A stretch of DNA of 64,000 nucleotides from Chrysomallon squamiferum (Eukaryota > Animalia > Mollusca): assembly GCA_012295275.1 (NCBI GenBank), contig CM022675.1, forward strand, positions 8,494,001-8,558,000, in the 5' to 3' direction. Made by a program: the position numbers and the translations under genes. The notes beneath the pieces are model-generated. The model was not told the DNA's origin and made no database searches. It saw only the letters and a program-made list of their open reading frames with translations. Below, piece by piece: positions 27,700-41,719 of the stretch (positions are counted from its first letter, which is position 1; the number at the start of each line of letters is the position of its first letter).

Positions 27700-28510
27700 T
27701 ATTCCAAAGATGATATTTTCTTAAAAATTTTTGACATCAAAAATGCTGCTATTTTCTGCAAAACTAAATGCATTTAAAACTTTACTTTTCCTTCAGACCT
27801 AATTTTATACATTATTACATAATATGTTCAAAATCCTATTTTCTTCAAAACCAGTATCATTTACCTACAGCTAGATTTTTCTTTTCATTTAAAGCTAATG
27901 ACATTTAAAATTAGTTTTCTCTTCAAAAACTATTTTCATCAAAACTAATATTATTAAACAAACAGCTATTTTCATCCAAACTAATAATATTTTCTTCTGT
28001 TTTCTTCGCAATACCACTTACATTCAGAATAAAATACTGTTTTCTTCAAAACTAATACTATTAACCATACTGCCATTTTTCTTTAAAAATAATGACATTT
28101 ATATGCAAAAAGATGCTATTTTCATCAAAACTAATATTGTTAAACATTCTTCTAATATCTTCAAAAACCACACACCACTTTCATGCAGAATAAAATACTA
28201 CTTTCTACAAAACTAATACTATTAACCATACTGCTATATTTTAAAAACTGATGACATTTATATGCAGAAAAATGCTATTTTCATCCAAAACTAATGCTAT
28301 CTTCTTCTAGTTTCTTCAGAAGTAATACCACTTAGATGCAGAATAAAATACTACTTTCTTCAAAACTGCTACTTGCTTTAAAACTAATGTCTTTTATATG
28401 CAGAGAAAAAAAATGCTATTTTCATTAAAACTAATGCTATTAATCACTCAGCTATGTTCCTTACTCTCCATTATGCTCTGATATGCTATTTTCTTTAAAA
28501 CCTAATATTG
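27700..28510. repeat. Degenerate ~30 bp repeat (atgctattttcttcaaaactaat); related motifs extend back to ~26560
   Basis: Many recurrences of gctattttc and aaaactaat at short spacing. Confidence 0.7.
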
Positions 28511-29043
28511 GTCCATAAACAGGCATTACCTAGTTCACTAACTTTCGTCCAATATCTCTCCTAACTTGTTTGCACAGTTAAAAGATTCATTTACTGTGAG
28601 CAAGGGCAGATAATTATGTAACTGCAGAATATGATGATATTAATGTCAAAGATGGCTGGCATCTAATAATAAATTTAAAAAAAAAAAAAAAAAAAAATAG
28701 AAGTTAGTCATAAAAGTGAAGTGAAAATTTTCAAACATGAAATAACTGTTTTATTTATTTGATGTATGTATGTATATGTAGGTGTAGGTGTAGATATACA
28801 TGTGTGTGTAAGTATATATTATGTATTTTATTTATTTTATTTTATTTATTTTATATTATTTTGTTTCTTTATATTTATTTTAATTATTTTTTTATGATTT
28901 GTATGTTTATATTTTAACTACAAATTAATTTTATTATCAGTCAGTAAGTTATTTATTTTATTTTATTTTATTTTATTTTATTTATTTAGTTAACCAACTT
29001 ATTCTTAATTTTATTTTTTAATTAAATACATTTATTTATTCAC

Positions 29044-29082
<39 letters not shown>

Positions 29083-30975
29083 TTTTTTTATTTATTTATT
29101 TCATGCATTATTTATTATCTTTACAAACTTTTCCTTACCTGACTTTTTATTTTATTTTTTCATTTTATTTTTACATGAATGAAAATTGACATAATTATTA
29201 CACATTTTTTTTTTTTTTTGGTCTTTTCCTTAAAGCTAAACATTATTTTGTTTTTTTTTCTTTACAAACTTCCACAGAATATTTGGTTAATTTTGTTTTC
29301 CTTGCTTGAAAGATCAAGACAAAAATATTTTTTTTTTTTTTTTTAAATTGGTCTACTTGAGTAGTTGATTCAGTTATGCTTTGTTTTTTTGCCTGAATGA
29401 ATTTAAGAATAAAAAAAAAAAAAAAAAAAAAAAGATTTTTCCTTTGGGCAAAGTTCTAAGTTTGCAAAGTTCAATCAATACTTAGTCCATTAGGGTTGCT
29501 ATCACTAAATCGTTTCCTTTCAGTGGTAATGTTAACATCCCTCTTAGAAAGAGGCATGATTGAATATCAGTATGTGCGTGAAAGGTATTTGTTACCATAG
29601 TTATTAAATTAGGTGAAAGAGAAGTGGCAGATACCAAAAAAAATAAAATAAAAAAGCACAAACATACAGGCAGACATAATTACAGATCTAGAGATGTGTA
29701 CACATACTTAGGTAAGTATACATGAAGTATACATACATACATACATGCATGCATCAATACATATGTACATACATATATGCATATATGCATGCATACATAT
29801 ATACATACATATACATACATACATATTCATGCATACATACATACATATTTGAATGCATATATATATATATATATATGCACACACACAAATATATGAATAT
29901 ACATACATACACACATACATATATACTTACACACACAAACACACATGAACACACACATATATACATACAGCAATTGCTATATAATATGTACGTGTGTCTG
30001 TACACGTGTGTGTGTGTGTATGAGTGTGTGTGTTATAATTTCATTAAAAACTCCTGCCAAAACAATAATCTGCAATTCCAATGATAATAAAACCAACCAA
30101 TCAAAAGACTCCGATCTTCCTCTAACGACCCATAATTTCTCTTCCCCATTAAATAACTGCCTTATTTTCCATATCCTTTTAAAACAACCATTTTTGTTTC
30201 CACATCACTTGACAGATAAATACTTCTATGACCGAGCCAAATTTCTGTATTTTTCCCTTTTGCAGTTCAATAATTGAATTTATCTTTCATGAAATAACCT
30301 CATTTTTCCCCCCTAACCAAACTGGGCAAATTCTCGCTGCACGGTAATCATATCTTCCATAAAACTGATCTGATTTTCATTCCATATCGACTGCTTGAAA
30401 TCTAAACAGCAAACTCATCTTTCCAGTCCAAACAAAAGGACTTTCTCCAGGTTTCGGATTTCCTTTACAGTATCTGCTGGGGTTTTTTTTTGTCCCCCTC
30501 CTAACTGTAATGAAGTCTAATTCAAAAGAAATCTCAACCAACAAAACTCTGTCTGCCAAATTTTTCTTCTGTCATGTTGGAAAATGAGGAAAATGTTCCG
30601 AGTTGTAAAGAAAGGGTTTTCCAAACGACCAATGGTGATTCTGTAATTGGATTTTTATTGGATGTCATTATCTTTTCACATAAATCAGGCATTGCTTTCT
30701 TACCAATTTTTTTTTTCAATACTTTTTTTTTCTATTTGGGTAATAAGGTATAAGCCTTTTTTAAGAAAAATATTTTAGTCATTTTAAACTGACATGGCTA
30801 TTATATTGTTTGCTGATGGTGGGGGTTTTCTTGGGTGGGGGGGTTGGGATGTTAATGGAGTGAAGTCTTTTAGAAAATATTTTTATCTATTGAAAGTGAC
30901 ATATAACTTTTTTTTTTTTTGGCTTCTTGTTACATTATTTAGTTTGGATTCATAACAGACAAGCATCTTACTTTC

Positions 30976-31006
<31 letters not shown>

Positions 31007-31442
31007 TTTATTAATACATACAAATATTTTCAAAACATATATGAATGTATTACCATAAGGGAATAAATTAAAATATAATTTAATCATTTGAAACTGTCAA
31101 ATTTTTATATTTGCTGTTTGTTGTTTGCTCCTTTTTTTAAGTGATTTTTGTTTGTTTTTTATTTGTTTTCTTTTGTTTATTAATACAGAGACACCTATTA
31201 ATATACAGTTTCATCATTTAAATTGTTATACAAATAGTAAAATAACCTAAAAAGACTACTTATGATAAAATAATAATAATAATAGTCTTTAAATAATATT
31301 AACACATGTAAATGGTATGCTGATCTGTAGAAAATATTAAGACAAAAACAAAATTTAATATTTGGTAAAGTCTATATACACACATATAAATTTATACAAA
31401 CACAGACACACACACACATAAACACACACATATATATAGATA

Positions 31443-31480
<38 letters not shown>

Positions 31481-34268
31481 CATACATATATACAAATAAA
31501 AAACCCAGATATATACAAACCATGCATACATGACAGACAAACTGCAGAAGCACATACAGATGTACACATGAACATACACACTTTGCACAGCATAAATCAA
31601 TAAATAACACTAAATATGTATAAAACACTAAAACAAAAAATAACTGTAAAAAAAACACAAAATATGTTCTTCATTATTACAAACCAAAGAGTTGAGCACA
31701 ATTTCTAATAAACTAAAAAAGCAGTCCTGGACTTAAAACGTCATAAAACTCCCTTGAAAGAGTTCTTTGAAACAAAGGCAGATAACTCTAATGACACAAT
31801 ATGGCTGCCATTCATCAGGTTTCCTGTCAATAAATCTTAATCATATTGCACTCATTTCTGACTTATATGGTTTTATTGCCTCTGGCAAATCACTTTTTGT
31901 GATCTGCAATGAGAACAGATATGAGCACATCTTGTACAGAGCAGAGTTTTTATCACAGGGGCTTTCTCAAAGGTTAAAAAAAAAAAAAAAAAAAGACAAT
32001 GCAAATTTATTGAACAGTTCTTCTGGTAAGGTTGGTTATTTTTCATTTTTATTTTTTTTTTTTTTTTTTTTATTTTTTACTGTTATTTTTATTATTATTA
32101 CTAATATTATTTTATTTTATTTTTAACATTTGTTTTTTACTAAGTAATATTACAATAGTAAAAATAGCAGTGGTAGTAGTAGTGGTAACAGTAGTAGTAG
32201 TAGCAATAGTAATGGTAACAATAATGGTAGTTGTAGCTGTTGTAGAGTACTTATAGTAGAGGAATAGAGATGGAGTAGTAGTTATGGTAGAAATAGTGAC
32301 AGTAGTAGTAGTTGTTGTTGTAATCCAATAGTAGTAAAAATGGTATTACTAGAAATGGTATTAGTACTAGTAATAGTAGTAATAATAATAACATTAGTAG
32401 TAATACTAATAGTAATCATAGTAGTATCTGAAACAGATTCATCATCAACATCATCATCATATACAGCTGTTTTAATTTCTGCTTTTTGGTGATGATTATA
32501 ATTATATCAAATTAACTGACTTACTTTATTACTTATTTATTATCATCATCATCATCATCACTATCATCATGACACCCTCTTCTTCAATGGTTTTATCTCA
32601 GAGATACCATTGTCAACCTTACACCCTTTAAAAAGAAAAAAAAAAAAATGGCCGCTCTCGAATCAATATCCTCAAAATTCCACTCCATCATTTTGTTTAT
32701 TCTGTTACAAGATTTCCTAAAAATTTTACTTTCATGAGCGTCAGTTTTCAAATCAACTTCAGTCAGCAGCAGATTCAGAAAGAATCAGAGGCACCTATTT
32801 AATCAAATCACCAATGCGATGAGAAAAAAGTAATAATAATAATAATAATAATACTGTCCAAAAAGTAATATGAATAACAGACTGCATGGTTCTAAAGTGA
32901 AGTATTTCATACCGAAAGTAGATTTAGAAATTTTATTATTTTTTTTTTTTTTTTTTTTTTGTTTTCGTTTTCGTTTTTGTTTTGTTTTTGTTTTGTTTTG
33001 TTTTGTTTTGTTTTGTTTTGTTTTGTTCAGTTAGTTATATTTTAAATTTATTTATTTATTTATTTATTTTTATTATTTTTATTATTTTTTTTATTACTAT
33101 TTATTTATTTGGTTCATTTATACATACATTTAGTTATTTGTTAAGCTTATTTATTTATTCACTCTTTTTTTATATTTATTTATTTATTTATTTATATATT
33201 AATACTGGTAATACTAGCATTTAAGTAATAAAATAGAAAAGATTACTGTTCAAAAAATCTAAAATATTTATATATTTCATTGTGTGTTTTAGTACACCAT
33301 TGTATATGTAATAATTGCATCATACGTAGACATGAAATAAACTGTAGTTCAAAAATATAAAATTACTCAGTACAATACACTGTATTATATATGTGTGCTG
33401 TGTATATACAATGTGTATGTCACACCTAGGCGTGGAATATGATATAGTAACAGCACTGAAGACATGACAGGTGTGTAGGTAAACAAACATATATTTCATG
33501 ATCAGCTGATGAATGAAATTTACATCAGCCTGAAAAACGTAGTCAGCAATTTCCCTTTGAGTTACTAACCTAATCAAGTATTTTCTTTTTTCCTTTTATT
33601 TTTTTATTTTTTTTTTTTTCTTGCTCTGATTTTACTAGTGATTTAAAATCAGTTTGAATTTCAATTACCATTTAATCATCTGATAAATGAAAAGAAAATG
33701 TTAAAAAAAAAACTTTTTGTAAATTAAAAATTTAATTAACCTTTTTAATTTTTTTGAAGTTTGATCTGCAATTATTTGAAATGAATCAGAGATAGTTGTA
33801 GTTAAGTCATTGGATGAATGAATGGATGGAAGGATGGATGGAGGGAATAAATGATAGTGAGTAAATAAATGTAAAATAAAAATGGAGGAAATAACAAATG
33901 TTAAATAACATGGATGAATAATGTGAAAAAAAAATGAATTAATGAATAAATGAAATAACAATTATGAATGAAGAAATATTAAATGACATGAAATTATTAA
34001 TAAATGTGAATTAGCATGAAGAAATAAACATAAAATAATGCAAAGGAATGAAAAATGTAAAATAACATGAATGAAAGATGAAATGTAAAACAGCATGTTG
34101 AAATGAATAAATGTAAAAATAACATGAATAAATGTAAACTAAATTTGTATTAATCAGTACATATAAGTATACATTTATGTATGTATGTAAATTAGATCAC
34201 TACCCACAAAAACGTGTGGGGGGGGTCATACTCTATCAAGTATTATTAAGTATCAGTTTTCACACTTT

Positions 34269-34556
34269 CACCTGACTCCACAGACAGGTGAATCCAGGTG
34301 TAAACAGAGATAATCCAATCAGATTTGTTTAGAAACCTGTCACAGGTGAACAGGTTCAACTCTCTGACAGGGTGTCAAAACACTGGACTAAAAAAAAAAA
34401 AAATGATATACACCTGTAAATTTCCAGGTAATATTTTTTTTCATTTTTTTTTTTTTATAATCACCTAATATTTTTCTGTTTTTTTAACCTAAATGTTACC
34501 TGGTGCAGCCTCAAGGTGTGGCATATATTGTTTACATACCTGAGTATGCCCAGGTG
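34269..34556. promoter_or_regulatory. Homotypic E2-box (CAGGTG/CACCTG, CAGGTA) cluster
   Basis: CAGGTG/CACCTG at 34269, 34285, 34295, 34343, 34411 and 34551; CAGGTA/TACCTG at 34425, 34497 and 34537. Confidence 0.4.
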
Positions 34557-34729
34557 TTACATAAGTAGATAATATATTAAGTGCTTTCAGTACAACATGA
34601 AGTAGGTGTAATGTAAAGGTGTATTAAACAATGCTGTTTATATACTTGAATATATATACAGATTATATGATAGCTGTGTGCCCTATCAGGTTAAATCTAA
34701 GGTGTGACATATTGTATGACTATACCATA

Positions 34730-34990
34730 CTTACTATACAATACTATACTATACTAAATTAAACTATACTATACTATACTATACAATACTATACTATACT
34801 AAATTAAACTATACTATACTATACTATACAATACTATACTATACTAAATTAAACTATACTATACTATACTATACTATACTATACTATACTATACTATACT
34901 ATACTATACTATACTAAATTAAACTATACTGTACTATACTATACTACACTACACTACACTATACTATAATATGTTATAGTATACTATAGT
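34730..34990. repeat. (ATACT)n pentanucleotide repeat with recurring aaattaaact interruptions
   Basis: Direct inspection. Confidence 0.93.
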
Positions 34991-35257
34991 ATACCACAAC
35001 TCTATTACTCTGTAACACTATATTACCCAGTACTGTCCTAAACTACACTAAACTTAATTATGCTGTACTATACTAGACTTGACTAGATAGACAAGACTAG
35101 ACAGTATTGTTATCTTATGCAGTTCTATGCAGTTCTATGCTATGCTGTGTTATGCTATTGTATATCATGCTACAATACACCATCATATTATAGAATTGCT
35201 ATATTATATCTGATTGTAATACACGATAGATAATATGTTTTGTATACAAACAGCTAT

Positions 35258-35762
35258 AATGTCACTATTTGCCACAAGCAGTGAATGTCACTATTTGTGA
35301 CAAAGTAGTGAATGTCACTATCTTCCACAAAGTAGTGAATGTCACTATTTGTGACAAAGTAGTAAATGTCACTATTTGTGACAAAGTAGTGAATGTCACT
35401 ATCTTCCACAAAGTTGTGAATGTCACTATTTGCCACACAAGTAGTGAATGTCACTATCTATGACAAAGTAGTGAATGTCACTAACTTCCAAAAGTAGTGA
35501 ATGTCACTAACTTCCAAATGTAGTGAATGTCACTATCTGTCACAAAGTAGTGAATGTCACTATCTTCCACAAAGTAGTGAAAGTCACTATCTGCCACAAA
35601 GTAGTGAAAGTCACTATCTGCCACAAAGTAGTGAAAGTCACTATCTGCCACACAAGTAGTGAATGTCACTATCTGCCACAAAGTAGTGAAAGTCACTATC
35701 TGCCACAAAGTACTGAATGTCACTATTTGTGACAAAGTAGTGAAAGTCACTATTTTCAACAA
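35258..35762. repeat. 27 bp minisatellite (gtagtgaatgtcactatctgccacaaa)n with internal inverted repeat TAGTGA-nnn-TCACTA
   Basis: About 18 tandem copies. Confidence 0.97.
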
Positions 35763-36879
35763 GTGTTTAATTTTATCGTTAATGCCACAAATCACTAACA
35801 GCCATGTGATTTATGTCACTGACTGACTGCCACGCGATGTTGTGATTATCACTCACTGCTACAAGTGATCAACTTCAAAATAATTTTACTTACACAGACA
35901 GCACAGCCTCCAGTAAGTCACAGTAGTGTAAATATTGCTATCAGTTTATCAGACATAACTAACGTTCCTCATCAAAAAGAATATTTAAACTTTTAAAAGG
36001 TTAAAAAAACACAACCTCCACCCAGAAAACACCCCCCACCCCCCCTTCGCCAAAAACACCCATGACAATTACGTCTAACAGTTTTAAAAAAAGTTTTTTT
36101 GTCGGAATCAAGGATGGGTTAAGTTTTTGTGTCTAATGGCCAGATCGTTTTATGACACGTGTCTGTGTGTTTTTTGCTGTCATTATAATGATGTGGTGTG
36201 TTTAAATAAATATCACTTGTAAAATTGGCCTGTCAAAGTCAGGGTGGGTAAGTGTGTAGTTAATTCTCGTATGTGACTAATTTGAGATTTATTTTGTTAT
36301 TAGTGAATTGTGATATGTAAATAAACATCGTGATAGTGTCATTATCTTTATCTGTTTCTTTTGATCCTCTTGCAGAAAGAGAGAGAGAGACAGAGGGACA
36401 GACAGACAGAGACAGAGACACAAAGAGAGAGAGATAGAGAGAGACAGAGACATAGAGAGAGAGAGAGAGAAAGAAAGAGAAGAGAGAGAGAGAGAGAGAG
36501 AGACAAACAGTGAAATATAGAAACAGAGTGAAAGTTATTGCATTTTTTTACTTATATATATTTATATACAAAAATTCAATTTATCATGAAATTCATATCC
36601 ACACTAATGATGGCAAACCTCTCCCTTCTCTAAAATCCATAATCTTTCCTTGCTATTACAGATATTTTTGTTGTTTTTGTTGTTGTTATAAAGACCTGAG
36701 ACCAATTTACATGAAGTGTAAAAATAAAAACAGAAAGTGCTGAACAGTAAGATGTCCCAGAACTTAAATATCAACAGTCATCTGGTAATAAATTAAAAAA
36801 ACTAAAAAAAAAAACTGCATAAACTAGAAACAGCTTCAAATATACAGCTAACTTCATCACTCAAAGTAAGTTCGGTTAA

Positions 36880-38475
36880 TAATTTAGTTCATCCTTCGGG
36901 CAAGCTTGAAACTGGTAAAGCTCTGGGATCAAATCCAAGAAACTTAATAAAGACCTCATAAACTAGAAACACTTCAAATTATACAGTTTACATTGGTTGA
37001 TCCTTGGGCCAAGTTTGACGTTGGTGAGGCTATAAGATCAAATCCAGTAAGCGTGGCAAAGATTACATTACTGTAGAAATAACTTAGTTTAGACTCAGTT
37101 TCTCCTTCAAATTAACCAGCCTTGATAGTGTAATGGTTTTTTTCCTTGGGATTGGTACAGAAGGATCCAGGGTCAAATCCTCAGAAGAGTAATAAATAAA
37201 GGTTATATAATACAAAAATAGCATATATATAAAATATACAGCATTACTAGCTGACCTATTCTTAGAATTGACTCAGTTTTGTTTTTCTGTTAAGCTAATC
37301 TTCATGGTGCAACGGTTAAGAATGTAATATCAAATCCCATAAGTGTAATAAAGACCATATAAAACAAAAATAAGCGTAGCTTAAAACACACAGTGCACTA
37401 GGTAGCCTATTCTTAGAATTAGTTTAGTTGTATTTTTCAGTTAGGCTATTTTAATGGTGTAATGGTTAAGCTGTTAGGTTTGAGATCGATTAAGACATGA
37501 GATCAAATCCGTGAAGTGTAACAGAGAAATAGTGAATTAAAATATACATTAAACTGTCTAATCTGTTCTAATAATTAATTCGATTTTGTTAGACTAACCT
37601 TCATAGTTTATTGGTTATGCCCTAGGATTGGCAAGGATGTGAGATCAAATCCCAAAACAGTAGTAAAACTTATATAAAACAGTAAAAACTTTAAAAATAT
37701 GTCTAACATATTCTTAGAATTAATTCATTTTTATTTTTCTGTTAGACTAAGGTTCATGGTGTAGTGGTTATGCCTTGCAATTCGTAAGGATGTGAGATCA
37801 AAACCCCAAAACGCATTAAAATTTATATAAAACAGTAATAACTTTAAAAATATACAGTATATGATCTAACCTATTCATAGAATTAATTCATTTAGGTTTT
37901 TCTGTTAGACTAACCTTCATAATGTAGTGGTTATGCCTTGGAATTTGTAAGGATGTAAGATCAAATCCCAAAACCCCAATAAAATTTATATACAAAACAG
38001 TAATAACTTTAAATTTATACAGTATCTGTTCTTAGAATTAATTCATAGTTTTTTTTTTTCTGTTAGACCAACCTTCGTGGTGTAGTGATTATGTCTTGGG
38101 AATTGGCAGGAATGTGAGATCAAATCCCAGAACTCTAATAAAACATATATAAAACAGTAATAACTTTACAGATATACAAGTGAATCATCTAACCTATTCT
38201 TAGAATTAACTCAGTTTCATTTCTCTGTCAGGTTAACCTTGACAGTCAAGCTGACAACTTTGGAATTGGTAAGTATCTGAGATCAAACCCAAGTAACGTA
38301 ATAAAATTCCTATAAAAGGGAATTAAGACAGCTCACAGTTATACAGTGTAGTGCTTGACCTTCTCACTCGGAATAAACTCAGAATAAATTCATTTTATCC
38401 TTGTACCAAGCTGGTGCAGTGGTTAAGCTTTCATTTCACTGCAAACAATGGTGAGGTTCAGAGATATCAACCTGC
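36880..38475 (+). repeat. Tandem array (~110-170 bp period) of tRNA-like SINE heads with A-box and B-box motifs
   Basis: B-box-like GATCAAATCC and variants at 36927, 37036, 37171, 37328, 37501, 37643, 37796, 37959, 38118 and 38281; A-box-like TGGTGTAGTGG (e.g. 37757) about 40 nt upstream in most units. Confidence 0.75.
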
Positions 38476-38620
38476 TACCTAATCAAAGATTATTTGAAAC
38501 AGAAATATCTTAATTTAAATTTATGCAGTGTACTAGCTAACCTTAGCTCTAAAAATAATTTCAGAACTTAAAATATACACAGTGCCAGCTAAACTTATTT
38601 CTAAACAAAATCAACAAGAG

Positions 38621-38730
38621 GAATGGACCATAGTCCAGTGGTTAGAGTGAAGATTTGAAATGTGCCAGGTTACAGGATCAAGTCTTCTTCATGTACCCTT
38701 AAAGATATTACCCATTCTAGGCAGTGCTCC
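38621..38730 (+). mobile_element. Decayed 5' part of a tRNA-derived SINE
   Basis: A-box-like TAGTCCAGTGG, B-box-like GGATCAAGTC, then cccattctaggcagtgctcc similar to the 27417 copy. Confidence 0.55.
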
Positions 38731-38744
38731 TCAGTAAGTTGTAT

Positions 38745-39140
38745 AATATACTTTCCCCTAGATTGACCCTGAAAATATTCCTTACTGGTCCCACTCCCAA
38801 ATATATATACTCCTAGCCACACCCTCAAGATACTGACTGCTAACCTCACCCTGAAGATAGTCACTGTTAGCCACACCCTGAATATATTACTTGCTACCCC
38901 CACCCTGAAGATTCTCCCTTCAAGTCACACCCTCAAAATACTCAATTCCAGCCCTAAAGCTCTATCCTAAGATATTTTCTGCTATGATTATGACAAAAGA
39001 TATTACCTTCCATAGGTGAAAGATACTAAATCCATTCCCCATCCCATAATAAATCTCAACCCCAAGGAATTTCTACCTATCCTTAAACTCCAAGACACTC
39101 CCTAGATTCATTCAAAGATGGTTCTTTTCTATTCCCAGAA
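38745..39140. repeat. Degenerate ~30 bp repeat (ccacaccctgaagata)
   Basis: Recurrent accctgaa / accctcaa / agata motifs. Confidence 0.6.
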
Positions 39141-39189
39141 ATTTGATATTATTTCCTAGCTACAGATATAAAAAAAAATAATAAAAAAT

Positions 39190-39191
39190 AA

Positions 39192-39265
<74 letters not shown>

Positions 39266-39279
39266 TAATAATGGTAATG

Positions 39280-39349
<70 letters not shown>

Positions 39350-39363
39350 TGATAATGATGATG

Positions 39364-39412
<49 letters not shown>

Positions 39413-39440
39413 GAAGAAGAAGAAGAAGAAGAAGAAGATG
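39190..39440. repeat. (AAT)n/(GAT)n/(AAG)n microsatellite
   Basis: Direct inspection. Confidence 0.95.
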
Positions 39441-39857
39441 AATATTTCCTCTTAACTACTAAAAGATACGTTCTGCAATTCACAGCAATAGCAGTAAAGT
39501 TTTACAGTCCTCTGACATTTTCACTCAGTTTATTTAAAAGCAATGCAAATGTCTAGACAAATTTTATTTCCTAATTAAATTTGTGTAACATCACTTTTAA
39601 TTTGTGTAACATCACTTTGAATTTGTGTAACATCACACTTAAGCTGCTGAAATAACAAATGTGTGTTACACTGTAAATATTCAGTGGAACTTTGTATTTT
39701 GTTTTACATAATTGTGTATAATGTTAAATTTGTAGTACACTGTATTTTATTTGTATAACATTAGTGTATTTCTTTAACACAGTTTGTTATGTAGTAGATA
39801 GTTTTTTTTTTTTTCTATAATTAAATAAAAAATACTGTTTTATTTAGCACAGAAACA

Positions 39858-39945
<88 letters not shown>

Positions 39946-40263
39946 TAACAATAATGGCAATGATAATCATGATAACAATAGCAATGATAATAAGTATATA
40001 ATAGCAATAACAAAACCACCACTGCCCACCACCACTACCAACAACAACAACAGCAACCACAACAACAATATCTATAAATAAATAAATATAATATAATATA
40101 ATATAATTTTCAAAACAAATAATCAAATAATAATAATAACAATAATGTCTAGAATGACAGTATGACTATCTGAAAAACTATCTTCATATGTACAGTTAAG
40201 AACATTATACGCAATCAAAAAACAAAAACTCTCTTCCACCACTCAAAAAACTGTTTCTTTTTC

Positions 40264-40430
40264 TATTAGCAGGAAGCGACCCTTTTATGTGTACCTTCCC
40301 ACAGACAGGAGAATACATAACCACACAACCGTCACATAACTGAGCTCTGAGTCAGTGACTTTTATCGGGAAATAAACCCAAATGTCCCCATGAGCAGGAA
40401 TGAACTTGTGTCCTTCTAACATTGCAGTGC
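40264..40430 (-). mobile_element. Decayed tRNA-derived SINE copy
   Basis: Reverse strand reads gtggttatgtattctcctgtctgtgggaaggtacacataaaagggtcgcttcctgctaatag, matching the core of the 27417, 48450 and 55321 copies. Confidence 0.65.
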
Positions 40431-40874
40431 TATTGCAAAGCATCTTATCACACTGTTGTAATTAATGAAAACATTTTTAAAAAATTTTTAATTTTTTGTT
40501 TTTTTTTTTAAATCTCTTTGAATGCAGACAGAAAGATGATGAGATACACAAATTAGCAATATGTCTGTACAGACAAACAGAGTTTATTTCGTCTAGAAAA
40601 AACCCAAAAAACTTCAAAGCATATCTCCAAAGAGAGATGAGTCTGTATAAAAATTGTTCTCTGCAAAATCATCACCGTTTTCTTCTCCGATGAATTCAGA
40701 GGTTGTGGCCCACAGCAGGCGTGCATGAACAGTTATTAGCTAGAATAAAACATGCTTTAAATGTTATCTTGATAAAAAAAAAAAATTTACAAAATTTTTT
40801 AAGCTGTATCTGTATTACATCTGTGCAATACTTACAGAACTAGTGTGTGTGTTTTTATATCATATGTCTGTTAT

Positions 40875-41585
40875 TTTAATTCTACAGAGTTTACCATGCT
40901 ATTATTTGTGTGTATAATATTCTAAATCTATACAGTGCACTATACTATTATTTGTGTGTATCTTATTCTAAATCTACAGTATACCATACTATTATTTGTC
41001 TGTATACTATTCTAAATCTACAGAGTTTTCCATACTATTATTTGTGTGTATACTATTCTAAATCTACAGAGTTTTCCATACTATTATTTGTGTGTATACT
41101 ATTCTAAAACTACAGAATGTACCATACTATTATTTGTGTGTATACTATTCTAAAACTACATTATACCACACTATTATTTGTGTATATACTATTCTAAAAC
41201 TACATTATACCATACTATTCTAAAACTACATTATACTATACTATTATTTGTGTGTATACTATTCTAAAACTACATTATACCATACTATTATTTGTGTGTA
41301 TACTATTCTAAAACTACAGTATACCATACTATTATTTGTGTGTATACTATTCTAAAACTACAGAGTTTACCATACTATTATTTGTGTGTATACTATTCTA
41401 AAACTACAGTATGCCTTACTATAATTTGTGTGTATACTATTCTAAAACTACATTATACCATACTATTATTTGTGTGTATACTATTCTAAAACTACATTAT
41501 ACCATACTATTATTTGAGCGCATACTATTCTAAATCTACACAGTGGGTATCTGTAGCATTATATGTGTGTATTATTCTGAAACTG
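40875..41585. repeat. 44-46 bp minisatellite (ctattctaaaactacagtataccatactattatttgtgtgtata)n
   Basis: About 15 tandem copies. Confidence 0.96.
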
Positions 41586-41719
41586 CAGAATACGAAGTAT
41601 TGCAGATGGGTTAGTGTGTGATTAATTCCAGTTAATGTCTGTTAGAAGTGTTTCATGTTTAGTGCAGAGTTTTACGTAAAAGTCGTTTTGTTTTTTCAGA
41701 AAGGTAAGGTATCTATTTA

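Noticed and set aside
36880-38475. Functional tRNA gene cluster
   Set aside because: Units lack consistent acceptor and anticodon stems and have indels between the boxes; SINE-head derivation fits better.
41700-41708. Plus-strand micro-exon-like ttttcag|AAAG|gtaagg
   Set aside because: The 4 nt form is frame-shifting, the 9 nt alternative has a weak GTATCT donor, and it is on the opposite strand to the better-supported exons.
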